Shown: one piece after another, positions 1 to 9,684 of the stretch | Position numbering within the stretch: position 1 is the stretch's first letter | How the letters are laid out: every line of letters begins with the position of its first letter | Assembly (NCBI GenBank): GCA_963663765.2 | Contig: CAXXUA010000003.1 | Location: 288,001-352,000 of the forward strand | Direction of reading: 5' to 3' | DNA from: Candidatus Poribacteria bacterium | Lineage (GTDB): Bacteria > Poribacteria > WGA-4E > WGA-3G | DNA: 64,000 nucleotides | Translations under genes and position numbers: made by a program | Notes under the pieces: generated by a model | What the model saw: only the letters and a program-made list of their open reading frames with translations | What the model was told of the DNA's origin: nothing | Database searches by the model: none

Positions 1-125
1 TGTATCTGTGCATCTAAAACTTTACGACGATACTTGGTACACCAAATTACGTGATATTGACAACTATAGATTGTCTTATTTGTTGTTCTATAATCACGTC
101 TTTTATTTGATATTTTGAGCGGCAT
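1..125 (-). CDS. tnpA: IS200/IS605 family Y1 transposase TnpA, 5' part (runs off the window edge)
   Basis: Manual translation from the ATG at 125 gives MPLKISNKRRDYRTTNKTIYSCQYHVIWCTKYRRKVLDAQI. YHVIWCTKYRRKVL is the hallmark IS200 TnpA N-terminal motif. Not in the ORF track. Confidence 0.9.
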   Translation of the reverse strand, partial: MPLKISNKRRDYRTTNKTIYSCQYHVIWCTKYRRKVLDAQI

Positions 126-258
126 AATATATAACCTTATTATATTAGTGTATAGTATATAATATCATATATTGATTAGATTGTCAAATATATATTAGGT
201 TGACATATTAGCCGTCTACATCCCACAAGCTAAAGCATGGGGATTTGACGGAATAGTG
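1..258 (-). mobile_element. IS200/IS605 element, left end with subterminal hairpin
   Basis: Imperfect hairpin CCGTCAAATCCCCATGCTTTAGCTTGTGGGATGTAGACGG (212-251, - strand) lies upstream of tnpA. It follows TTTAA(C) in the TonB receptor ORF. The exact junction is uncertain by a few bases. Confidence 0.8.
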
Positions 259-1652
259 TTAAACTTTGGATTGAGCATGGCTTCCTGTGCATATCCTGAA
301 GCATGCGGTAAGACAACTGTGTCGTCAAACAATGTATCAAGATTGTCTTCTACATTAAAAGTAAAGTAATCTCCACGCAAACCGAGTTGGAATCGGAGTT
401 TCGGGTTAATGATGACTTCTTGTTGTCCCCAAAGATATAGGTTGCGTTCAATTATTCCAGAATCCACTCTTTGTGTTAGTCTTCTTCTATTCGGACTATG
501 CCACAGGCTGACAGCAATATCATCCGAACGAAATCCACCACCAAAGGTAGTATTAGAACGCATTGAATAAAATGATCGTCTGAATTGATATTCTGTGTTG
601 AAACCAAGAATTGTGCGATCATCGGTCTGCTCAATCATATCACCGTTATCAGCATTATCAAGAAAAAAGGTAAAATTTGAGAAAAGTTTGAAGTTATACC
701 GACTGAAATAAGGTTGAATCAAAAACTGACTATTGTCGTCATCCGTTAATGTATATGTAAGATTGAGATTTTGTCTACCAGTCTGACCACCTTCCAAATC
801 GTCTACTGTCCCGAAACGTGAAAACAATCCACTATCAACAGCACGTTGAGGAATTTGACCAGAAGCATCCCATGCGGAAGAAAATGAACTTGCAGAAAAT
901 GATAGTTCACTCGTTTCGTTCAGACGTGTATTGAATTTGCCGAAAAGATTTAATCGTTGGAAATCCTGTTCGCTTTCTACAGCACCGTCCGTATTGTAAA
1001 ACTGACCTGCAAAATAGGCATTGTGCTGTTCACTGGCTGTTGGCAATTGAAACATTCCAGTGAATTTTTGCGTGTTAAACTCACCACCCTCAATTTTCAG
1101 CAAGTTACCTTCAATACGGTCTTTTGTACGGTACATCACTGAACCCGCAGTTGAGAAATTGCCGTATCTGGCAAAATAGGGTCCCTTAAACACATCAATA
1201 GAATCCACTAATTCAGGTATGATAAAATGAAGATCTGCATAACCTTGTCCGTGACCATGTGAAACCATATTCACGGGAATACCATCAGATGAGATAGCGA
1301 CATCTGTTCCGTGATCAGCGTCGAACCCACGCAGAAAAATCTGTTCTGCTTTGCCGCCACCAGCGTGTTGTGCTATGACAAGCCCTGGCGCAAGTTGCAA
1401 CAGATCTTGTGCAGTGTTCACAGGACGTACATTCAGATCAAACTCCCGGATAGACATTGAGGACGCTGTGGAATAAGACCTTTCCCCTTCAACCAAAACT
1501 TTTCCAAGCTCAATCACTTTATCAGAATCTTCGGAATCGGTTTCAATATTCACATCTTCTTCTTGTGCCTGTGATATACCGTAAAACAACATCCATGAAA
1601 TAGACAATAGTGTTACTGTTAGACAAACGATTGATAGAACAATGTTTTTCAT
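216..1652 (-). pseudogene. TonB-dependent receptor, C-terminally truncated by IS insertion
   Basis: Signal peptide, plug motifs (QHAGGGKAEQIFLRGFDADHGTD, GQGYADLHF, VFKGPY..YGNF.TAG) and barrel strands are present. The ORF ends ...NPKFN followed by IS-derived TIPSNPHALACGM, with no terminal Phe strand. Start placed at MKNIV (1652), behind AGGAG. Confidence 0.85.
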
Positions 1653-1694
1653 AAAACTCCTTAATATCAAGTGTGTATTTTATATTGTTGATTT

Positions 1695-1921
1695 AACGAC
1701 TTGTGCCAGTTAACCAATTGTTTTTATAGTTATCACATATATTAGGTTTATAATGCACACATATCGTCCCTACGGGACTAAAGAGGATGTACTATGACGT
1801 TTTTCTATAAACATATCGTCCCTACGGGACTGAAGATCGTTTCAAACTATGAAGGACACCTGCAAAACGTCATGTTTATGTGAAACAATGATTAACATAT
1901 AGTTATTTAGCACAACTCGTT
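1695..1921. mobile_element. MITE-like element, TIR AACGACTTGTGC...GCACAACTCGTT, with two CATATCGTCCCTACGGGACT repeats
   Basis: Imperfect terminal inverted repeats. The left ~77 bp recur as a reverse complement at about 19620-19696. Confidence 0.7.
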
Positions 1922-1943
1922 GATTTATGTATTTTTATCATCT

Positions 1944-2095
1944 TATAGTGAAATCCAAAAATAAGTCTACACTCCCTAGTAGGTGCGGTTTCTAACCAAT
2001 GCAGAATACCATACGCGTACTCTGCCGGATTTATACACGTACGGTTAGTAAACCGTACCTACCGTTGTGTCCAATTAATTATGGATTTTACTATA
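1944..2095. mobile_element. MITE-like element, TIR TATAGTGAAATCCA...TGGATTTTACTATA, carrying a REP doublet
   Basis: 14-bp imperfect TIR with TA ends. Internal inverted REP pair GTAGGTGCGGTTTCTAACC / GGTTAGTAAACCGTACCTAC. Confidence 0.7.
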
Positions 2096-2097
2096 AT

Positions 2098-3156
2098 CTA
2101 AAACAGAGAAAGTTGGACGCCAGATAAGTCGCCATTTCCCGATATTATTTTAATCAGATCTGTGTTATTCATGATACCATCGACTCGGTCCGCGTTCTTA
2201 CCCCAAGCGTAAAGCGGCACATTGCTGACGGTATGTCCACCTGTAGACCAAGCGTATTCAGGCACTTTCCCCTTACCACTGTTTTTATGCACCTTCAATC
2301 CACCTGTTTCGTGGTCAGCAGTGACAAGAATTATGGTATCGTCATCAACGGATACCCGATCATAAACCGTTTGAACTGCCTTCGAAAACTCAATTGTCTC
2401 CAATAGCTGACGTTCAATATCATTGGAATGTCCAGCATGATCAATCCTCCCACCTTCCAAAAGCAGGAAAAACCCCTTTTTGTGTTGAGAGAGGATGTCT
2501 AATGCTACGGTTGCCATCTCCGACAAATGTGGTAGGTCGTTAGGACCATCAAACATAAATGGGATGTTGGTGCTACCGAACTGACCCGAAATATACCGTT
2601 CAGAATCGGTATTGAGGTGAAACAACCCATCACGATCAGTCACTACGGTATAGCCAGCGGTTTCAGCGCTTTCCACCGTCAGACCATTGCCACCCCCACC
2701 TAACAACACATTCGGACGTGTAAGATGAAGATAATCATGAGCAATTTCAGAGAGGTTATTTCGTTGTGGGTTATGAGCAGCAAACGCAGCGGGGGTCGCA
2801 TGCGTAATGTAGGTCGTTGAGACAAGTCCTGTGCACTTACCTAATTCCTTAGAAATCTCAAGAAGTGTTTTCAACGTGGTTCCGCTACCCGGAATTTCCA
2901 TGCTGATGACACCGTTGTTCACCTTGTGTCCAGTTGCAATGGCAGTAGCTGCAGCTGCAGAATCAGTCATAGGTGTATTCGCCGCGTACGTTTCTAATTC
3001 TGCATGGTGAGGAAACTGTTCAAATGAGAGAGTTCCTGTTTCCCCTGATGCATAATAACTCGCAGCTTTGACCGCTTCAAACCCCATGCCATCACCGATA
3101 CAAATTATCACATTTTTTGGGAAACAGGAACCTACAACTGGTAATTCTGACTCCAT
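2098..3156 (-). CDS. Alkaline phosphatase family protein (PhoA-type; no obvious signal peptide)
   Basis: Motifs KNVIICIGDGMG, TDSAAAATA (catalytic Ser), THATPAAF, EGGRIDHAGH, VTADHETGG and GGHT. Confidence 0.92.
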   Translation of the reverse strand: MESELPVVGSCFPKNVIICIGDGMGFEAVKAASYYASGETGTLSFEQFPHHAELETYAANTPMTDSAAAATAIATGHKVNNGVISMEIPGSGTTLKTLLEISKELGKCTGLVSTTYITHATPAAFAAHNPQRNNLSEIAHDYLHLTRPNVLLGGGGNGLTVESAETAGYTVVTDRDGLFHLNTDSERYISGQFGSTNIPFMFDGPNDLPHLSEMATVALDILSQHKKGFFLLLEGGRIDHAGHSNDIERQLLETIEFSKAVQTVYDRVSVDDDTIILVTADHETGGLKVHKNSGKGKVPEYAWSTGGHTVSNVPLYAWGKNADRVDGIMNNTDLIKIISGNGDLSGVQLSLF

Positions 3157-3193
3157 ACATACCCCTTTTCTTTTTACTTGCTAACAACACCTA

Positions 3194-3349
3194 ATACCAA
3201 TTCAAATAAATCTTGTCTCATTATGGAATTCTACTGTTTACTGGCAGGGGGTTACTCTCTTCGGTATGAGCGACCTCACGGTCGCGACCGGGAGGTCGCT
3301 CATACCAGATTTCCGCTGCTAATGAGACATTATCACTTGAAAATGGTAT
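3194..3349. mobile_element. MITE-like element, TIR ATACCAATT...AAATGGTAT, with internal REP hairpin
   Basis: Internal palindrome GGTATGAGCGACCTC...GAGGTCGCTCATACC. A homologous copy lies at about 22819-22974. Confidence 0.65.
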
Positions 3350-3365
3350 AACTATGAATTTACCA

Positions 3366-3487
3366 ATTCAATTGTCCGAAATGTACTATTGTAGGAGGGG
3401 TTTGTAACCCCGATTTCAGAGAACACGTATAACAAATCGGGGTTACAAACCCCTCCTACGAAGATCTATTGTGCCAATTGAATGCTT
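3366..3487. mobile_element. MITE-like element, TIR ATTCAATTG...CAATTGAAT, carrying a GTAGGAGGGGTTTGTAACCCCGA REP doublet
   Basis: A closely related copy lies at 61501-61629. This copy sits just downstream of glnE. Confidence 0.75.
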
Positions 3488-3504
3488 CTGAAGAATTTGC
3501 CAAT

Positions 3505-6500
3505 TCAATTGACAAGAAGTTCATTAAATAATGAGCGAGTTGTTTCTGTCCACTTACCGTAGTCCTGTAAGAATACCTCTACGGTCTGTGTTCCTTCATT
3601 GTCAGCGTAACCAAGTCTCTTTGCTAAGTGAGCTAATTCAGTTCGTTGTGTTGGTAGTGCATCTAAAGCACGGTCATGCACAATTCTCAACGCATTTTCA
3701 ACCCGTCGTAAAAACCGATATGCATCCGATAAACCGACACTTTGCTTCTCTGTAAGAACACCGAATTCATGCAACTTGTCAATTGCAAGCAGCGTATTTG
3801 GTTCGCGAATCTTGGGTATATCTGTCCCATGTTTGAGCTGCAGTGTCTGCACAGCGAATTCAATGTCAACAAGTCCACCATAACCCGATTTCACATTAGC
3901 AGTTGGACGTTGTGTTCTTCCACTTCTTCTACGTCTCGATTTCGACTTTCGTGTCGCTTGTGCCTCCTTGCGTTGTCTTGTCCGCACAATCTCTGCGATT
4001 TCTTCTGATGTGATCGGTTGCCTATAACAGAATGCATGAGCAGTCTCAATAAATTGGTTACCAACACCTTCCCGATCCCCCGCAACAACCCGCGCCCGTG
4101 TAAGGGCTTGCCGTTCCCAGATTTCTGCAGCAGTGTCATAGTAATGCTGATATCCCTCCAGAGGTAAAGCTATCGCACCTCCAGTACCATAAGGTCGCAA
4201 ACGTAGATCAAGTTCATATATGCTCATTCCGTGTTCACCCCCCAGTTGCTTCACTAACGCCAAACCCAGTGCTGAATAATACTCCGAATTCGGCATACCC
4301 TCACTTGTCTTACCATCAGCAGAATAAACATACATCACATCCAAATCTGAACTGAAGTTGAGATCTCGACCGCCGAATTTACCCATCGCAATTACAGCAA
4401 AGGTAACAGGTGTTCCATCCTCACTCAAGGGGACACCGTGCTGTTCACGAAGTTGTGCGTCAATCTTTGGATAGATTGTCTGCAAAATTGCCTCTGCTAA
4501 GTCAGATAGTTCTTCGGTTGTGGTTGGTAGGTCTGCATTCCCTATGATATTCCTGATAGCAATCCGCCATATTTCATCATTCTTATAACGTCTGAGTGTC
4601 TTTTGAACATCTGCCCCACCAGTATTCGTCAGAATCTGTGATACCTCATCCTGTTTTTGTGTGAGTGTTTTGGGAAATTCAGTAAAGGTCGGGATTGTTA
4701 ACAGATCAAATAATTCTGGACTTGCGATGAGTAAATCTGCCAAGTATAGACTTGAACCACAAACACTTGTGATCGCCTCAAGCGCACCATGTCTTTCCAT
4801 GAACATGGTATAATAACTACTCCGCGCCCCAACTTTCGCTGCAAACGCATCAAAATAGCGGAGTGCCATATCCGGATCCGGGGTTTTGCCTAAGCAGGTC
4901 AACAGGTTGGGGGCAAGTTTAAAGAATGTCCGCCGAACAGATGGAGAGAACTGCTGCCCCTCACTCCCATTGGCAAGCTGCTTAAGTAGACGATGTGCCT
5001 CTCGTGTATTCTCAAAACCATACTTACCTAACTGCGTCTGTATTACTTCAAGGTCGTCTTGACTAAGCAGCACAGCAATATCTAACTGATCCGGATCGTG
5101 AACATCCATCACTTTTTCAAATATTTCACGAACTCTGGTAACATGTTTTTTGTAGGCATTTTGGAAGGTTACAATTGCATTTTCACGGTATCCCAACCTT
5201 CTGGCAAGTTGATATTCCTCCTCTGCTTTTGCTGGTACAGAGTAACGTTGTTGATCCGACTCAATTTGGATACTGTTTTCAACCCTACGCAAAAACCGAT
5301 ATGCATCTACCAATCTATCAACATCATTGGAGTCAAGCAACCTGTTCTCCTTCAAAGACGCAAGTGTCTCCAACGTATTCTGTGAACAGAGAGACCTTCG
5401 CTTGCCACCATGTATCATCTGAAGACACTGCACAGTAAACTCAATATCACGTATAGCACCCGGACCGAGTTTGACATGCTTGTCAAGGTCAGCCTTCTCA
5501 TTAACAAGTCTTACCTCAATGCGAGCTTTTGTGTTGCGAATATCAACTTTGATTTCATTGAGAGTCACACCGTCTAAGTACCGTTGGTATACAAAGGGGT
5601 GGATCATGCGTATGAATTCATCACCAAAATCTAAATCCCCCGCAACAGGACGCGCTTTGATCAAAGCCTGACGCTCCCACAGATCTCCCCAACCTTCATA
5701 GTAAGTCTCATAACTTTCCATAGAACGGATAATCACACCCGCACTACTCTCTGGACGCAAGCGGATGTCCACGCGAAACACATACCCATCCGCTGTCACC
5801 TCACTCATTGACCTAATAATAAACTCACACAACCTCGAGTAATACTCAGAATTGTCAATCCCTTCATCGGTTTTCCCCTCATCCGAACAGACAAAAATAA
5901 GATCAATATCTGAACTAAAGTTGAGCTCAAATCCACCGAGTTTTCCCATGCCAATAATAACAAAACGACATGGCGCTGTACCTTCCTCATTCATCGGGGT
6001 ACCAAACTTCTGTTTCATTATTTGGTCTCTCCCGATTTCATAGCAATGTTGGAGTGACGCTTCTGCTAAATTAGACATCTCCAACGTAGTGGTCTCAACA
6101 TCAGTCGCATGAAGCAGGTCACGTAAGGCGATACGGAGACTCTCACGACGCTTATATTGACGTATGATACGAAGTTTTTGGTCAACATCCTTATATCTGT
6201 TAAGCGATCTACCAAGTTCGTGATACATGATGTCACGGGTCTTCGTAACTCCCATCACATGTGCATCAATTATGTCGTAAAAATAGATAGGATTGCGAAT
6301 TAGTATGTCTGATAGGTATGTCGATGCACCAAAACAATGTATCACCGTTGGGATCAGAAACGGGGCATCGCGCAACAGCTGATAGAGCCATTTACGATTG
6401 AAGATGCCAACGGCAAAGCGAGAAAAGTTATTTAATGCAGCGTTTGGGTTAGGTGAGTCAAGACAAGTTTCTAAAAAAGGAATGACAATTTCCGTAAAAC

Positions 6501-6657
6501 ATAATTGTATCTCTACATCATCGGTAAGGAGTTCCTGCAGTCCTCGCAAAATCGATTCGGTATCAACATATATATCACTATCGGTCGTACTGTACAATAA
6601 CCGATGAATTTCTTCTCTCTGCTGATGGGGGAGTGGTAAGTCAACGATATTCATCAT
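3505..6657 (-). CDS. glnE: Bifunctional glutamine synthetase adenylyltransferase/adenylyl-removing enzyme
   Basis: Two nucleotidyltransferase domains (GMGKLGGFELNFSSDIDL and AMGKFGGRDLNFSSDLDV), RVDIRLRP/ELDLRLRP, WERQAL twice, KLGPGAIRDIEF and KSGYGGLVDIEF. 1050 aa. Confidence 0.96.
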   Translation of the reverse strand: MMNIVDLPLPHQQREEIHRLLYSTTDSDIYVDTESILRGLQELLTDDVEIQLCFTEIVIPFLETCLDSPNPNAALNNFSRFAVGIFNRKWLYQLLRDAPFLIPTVIHCFGASTYLSDILIRNPIYFYDIIDAHVMGVTKTRDIMYHELGRSLNRYKDVDQKLRIIRQYKRRESLRIALRDLLHATDVETTTLEMSNLAEASLQHCYEIGRDQIMKQKFGTPMNEEGTAPCRFVIIGMGKLGGFELNFSSDIDLIFVCSDEGKTDEGIDNSEYYSRLCEFIIRSMSEVTADGYVFRVDIRLRPESSAGVIIRSMESYETYYEGWGDLWERQALIKARPVAGDLDFGDEFIRMIHPFVYQRYLDGVTLNEIKVDIRNTKARIEVRLVNEKADLDKHVKLGPGAIRDIEFTVQCLQMIHGGKRRSLCSQNTLETLASLKENRLLDSNDVDRLVDAYRFLRRVENSIQIESDQQRYSVPAKAEEEYQLARRLGYRENAIVTFQNAYKKHVTRVREIFEKVMDVHDPDQLDIAVLLSQDDLEVIQTQLGKYGFENTREAHRLLKQLANGSEGQQFSPSVRRTFFKLAPNLLTCLGKTPDPDMALRYFDAFAAKVGARSSYYTMFMERHGALEAITSVCGSSLYLADLLIASPELFDLLTIPTFTEFPKTLTQKQDEVSQILTNTGGADVQKTLRRYKNDEIWRIAIRNIIGNADLPTTTEELSDLAEAILQTIYPKIDAQLREQHGVPLSEDGTPVTFAVIAMGKFGGRDLNFSSDLDVMYVYSADGKTSEGMPNSEYYSALGLALVKQLGGEHGMSIYELDLRLRPYGTGGAIALPLEGYQHYYDTAAEIWERQALTRARVVAGDREGVGNQFIETAHAFCYRQPITSEEIAEIVRTRQRKEAQATRKSKSRRRRSGRTQRPTANVKSGYGGLVDIEFAVQTLQLKHGTDIPKIREPNTLLAIDKLHEFGVLTEKQSVGLSDAYRFLRRVENALRIVHDRALDALPTQRTELAHLAKRLGYADNEGTQTVEVFLQDYGKWTETTRSLFNELLVN

Positions 6658-6977
6658 CTATTCTCTATACATAACAAAACATGCAAGTCTATTTTATCAA
6701 ATACTTATCTGCAATTCAATTCAATTATTACTAATGAGTGAGTAAAATACTTATGAAAAAAACAAATACTATTGGCAAGATTATACATTGAAAACGTTAA
6801 ATCGCAAATATTCTTGCTATCAAGTACGCAATTACATATAATCACAATGCTTTTACCACACAATTATAGTAGACTTTAGAATTAATCGGGCATGATATTA
6901 GGTTCGGTTAGGAAACCGAACCTAACGGGGGTGTTGTAGCACAAACTTTTAGAATGTGTCCGCATCCGTACAACTAA

Positions 6978-7528
6978 ATGAAGATTAATTTATTAATTAA
7001 TTTATTAATTGGGTAATAAGACATTTCTCCAACGGTAGGCGGGGAATGCCTAAAGAAGCATGCGCGTATGGCATGCTCCATGATTCATACCCGGAGAATG
7101 CCAAAAGGCATTCATACCGTTGATTTCTTGATTTAGTGCTTTGTAAGCGCGCTGTTGGGACTTGATGTGCCAGCGCGCTTACAAAGCACGCCTACCAAGG
7201 AGAGGTTACATAGAATTACCGAATTATAGTAAAACTCGTAATTATTTGCACATACGGCACGGAACGTAGGGGTTGGGTAACCCAACCCCATTGGCGTCAA
7301 TTTAAGAAAATATTGTTGTCATTTTTCTTGTGGGAGGGGTTTTCAACCCCGATTTGAGCGGAAATGCACTAAAAAATCGGGGTTGAAAACCCCTCCCACA
7401 AGAGGTGAAAATCCTTAAATTGACGCCTATGGGGTTGGGTAACCCAACCCCTACAAAAGTGTTATGTGAGATCCTATCGCGGAGTGTAAACATATTTTCG
7501 GATTCTACTATAATAAATTAATCTTCAT
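6978..7528. mobile_element. Nested MITE/REP composite with three levels of TIRs
   Basis: Outer perfect 18-bp IR ATGAAGATTAATTTATTA (6978-6995 / 7511-7528). Middle TATAGTA...TACTATA (7225-7512). Inner GGCGTCAATTTAAG (7293-7306 / 7414-7427). Several REP hairpins lie inside. Confidence 0.8.
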
Positions 7529-7608
7529 AAAGTTTGATGCTCAAAATGTCCAAATAATTATATGTTTTACTATACTTACTACTATTCAATATATCCTTGG
7601 AGTTGTAG

Positions 7609-8412
7609 ATGCACATCGGTTTAATGGAAGGCACAATTCACCGTGAAACGTTAGGTGAAACCCTTGATGCTGTTGTAGATTACAACATTCATCACTTGCA
7701 ATATCATGTTTCTCCCGCTTCAAAATCATACCATGAAGTTCGCAAAGAATTGGATACCCGTCTGATAAAGATAGCCGCACTGTCTGGAACATATAACATG
7801 ATTGATCCTGATATACAAAAACGTGAAGCAGGTTTGCAGAAGTTACGATATGTTGCATCACAGTGTAAGACACTTGGCACTTCGGTTGTGACACTCTGCA
7901 CAGGTTCCCGTGATCCTCACAGCATGTGGCGCGCACATCCTGAGAATAACACTACTGCTGCTTGGAACGATCTTGTCCAATCAATGGAAAAGGCATTGCA
8001 GATCGCTGAAGAATACAGTGTAACGTTGGCTTTTGAACCTGAAGTATCAAACGTTGTTGACTCAGCACAAAAAGCACGGAAATTGTTGGATGAAATGCAA
8101 TCCCCCTATCTCAAAGTGGTTATGGATGGTGCGAATATCTTCCATAAGGGAGAATTACCGAAAATGCATGATATTCTGAACGAAGCGTTCAACTTACTCG
8201 GTGATGACATTGCACTTGCTCATGCAAAAGATTTGGATAGGGACGGTGAAGCAGGCAACCTTGCTGCAGGCACAGGACTACTGAATTTTGATCAGTATCT
8301 TACTCTACTAAAAGAAAGCGGCTATGAAGGTGCAGTCGTACTACACGGTCTATCGGAAGAACAGATACCTTACTGTGTCCAGTTTCTAAGAGAAAAGATT
8401 AATTCCATATAA
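7609..8412 (+). CDS. Sugar phosphate isomerase/epimerase family (xylose isomerase-like TIM barrel)
   Basis: Metal-binding pattern LAFEPE, VMDGAN, LAHAKD and AGTGLLNF. Confidence 0.85.
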   Translation: MHIGLMEGTIHRETLGETLDAVVDYNIHHLQYHVSPASKSYHEVRKELDTRLIKIAALSGTYNMIDPDIQKREAGLQKLRYVASQCKTLGTSVVTLCTGSRDPHSMWRAHPENNTTAAWNDLVQSMEKALQIAEEYSVTLAFEPEVSNVVDSAQKARKLLDEMQSPYLKVVMDGANIFHKGELPKMHDILNEAFNLLGDDIALAHAKDLDRDGEAGNLAAGTGLLNFDQYLTLLKESGYEGAVVLHGLSEEQIPYCVQFLREKINSI

Positions 8413-8491
8413 GAATAGACTAAAGTAGATTATGTTAGGCAAGACTTCAAACAGCGTATTTCGGAGAGTGACTGCATATTTCAGTCTATAG

Positions 8492-9610
8492 CTAAGATCT
8501 AAATTCAATATCGTCCAATGAGTTTGCTTCAAGTATTTGTTCAAAAAGCATATCAAGTAACGTAAGGTCCTCAATCTCGCTTACCTGATTGATCACTGAT
8601 TCAGGGACATCAGTAAATTGGTAACGCAATAATTTAAGCACCGCTACCTGTTTCGCTCGGATTTCACCTTTCTCAATGCCTTGTTCAATGCCTTTCTCAA
8701 TGCCTTGTTCAATGCCTTTCTCAATGCCTTGTTCAATGCCTTGTTGTATAAGTGCTTCTGCTCCTGTCATAATAATATTTTCTACCTCCTTATCTTGTGT
8801 ATGTGTCCGAAGAAGTTGTACCAATTCTTCTCGTTCGTCTTCTGGTCTGCGGAAAAACACCAGAGAATACAGATACAATATTGCATTTTTCTGTTGTACC
8901 GCTTGATCAGGTGGCAATGTGTCCAAGTTTGAGAGTGCTGTTTGCAACGCTTCACGCATAGATGCTTCATCCGCACCTTCTTGCTTCAATACTGTAAGTA
9001 ACCAACCGAAGGGATGTCCTGTTTTCGTCAAATCATCCGCATCGGCGTCCTTCACACCGAGAAACAACGTGTCAAATGATGGTATAAACCGAGATACCAC
9101 ATCCGGCACATCCATCACTGCAGTTAGCGATAACGGTGTCTGCCATCGTTGTTCTCCAGTGTAATATACAATCGGTAGAATCGGACGTAGACGCCATTCG
9201 CCTTTTGGTAACTTTGCCTCCTCCAATTCACGACGCTGCCCATCCCAAATCTGACACATATAGTATAATAACCGAAACCCCATCATCGGGTCAACCGTTG
9301 ATTGATGTTCTATAAGAATATAGATCATCAGTTCCGATACCTCAGATGCTTCACGGAAAGGAACACAAAACACCATGTCAGATATGACTTCACGCAATCT
9401 GTCGTCAACATAACTCCGATTCAGTTCCTTCAATTGGTCAAAGTCCAGATAATCCACCAATTCTTGGGCAACGATCTCTACTAAACCCCGAACGTTCTTT
9501 TTTTCTTTGAACAACCACCTCGCACTTTTATCAGGATAATGTCCAATCCGCACATCAAATAAATCCTGTATTTCTATGATGTCACGGTGCTCTGTTTCTG
9601 TTTGCTGCAT
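8492..9610 (-). CDS. Rpn/YhgA-like recombination-promoting nuclease (Transposase_31, PD-(D/E)XK)
   Basis: SDMVF...IYILIEHQS...MGFRLLYY, PILPIVYYTG..W, C-terminal (GIEQ/GIEK)n repeats and a DUF4351-like tail. Confidence 0.92.
   Translation of the reverse strand: MQQTETEHRDIIEIQDLFDVRIGHYPDKSARWLFKEKKNVRGLVEIVAQELVDYLDFDQLKELNRSYVDDRLREVISDMVFCVPFREASEVSELMIYILIEHQSTVDPMMGFRLLYYMCQIWDGQRRELEEAKLPKGEWRLRPILPIVYYTGEQRWQTPLSLTAVMDVPDVVSRFIPSFDTLFLGVKDADADDLTKTGHPFGWLLTVLKQEGADEASMREALQTALSNLDTLPPDQAVQQKNAILYLYSLVFFRRPEDEREELVQLLRTHTQDKEVENIIMTGAEALIQQGIEQGIEKGIEQGIEKGIEQGIEKGEIRAKQVAVLKLLRYQFTDVPESVINQVSEIEDLTLLDMLFEQILEANSLDDIEFRS
8669..8745 (-). repeat. 12-bp coding tandem repeat (GIEQ/GIEK) in Rpn
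   Basis: About six alternating TTCTCAATGCCT / TGTTCAATGCCT units. Confidence 0.9.
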
Positions 9611-9684
9611 CCAGCCTCCTCACCTATAACATAATCCCATAGCATTTTCAATGATCCAAGCAGATAGATTGGTAGTCGTAAGTA

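Noticed and set aside
7302-7493. 63-aa ORF and its similar partner at 19231-19515
   Set aside because: Both are translations of the palindromic MITE/REP composite. The similarity is at the DNA-repeat level.
8676-8932. Repetitive + strand ORFs (MPCSMPFS.., FNAFLNAL..)
   Set aside because: Antisense shadows of the 12-bp GIEQ/GIEK repeat in Rpn.
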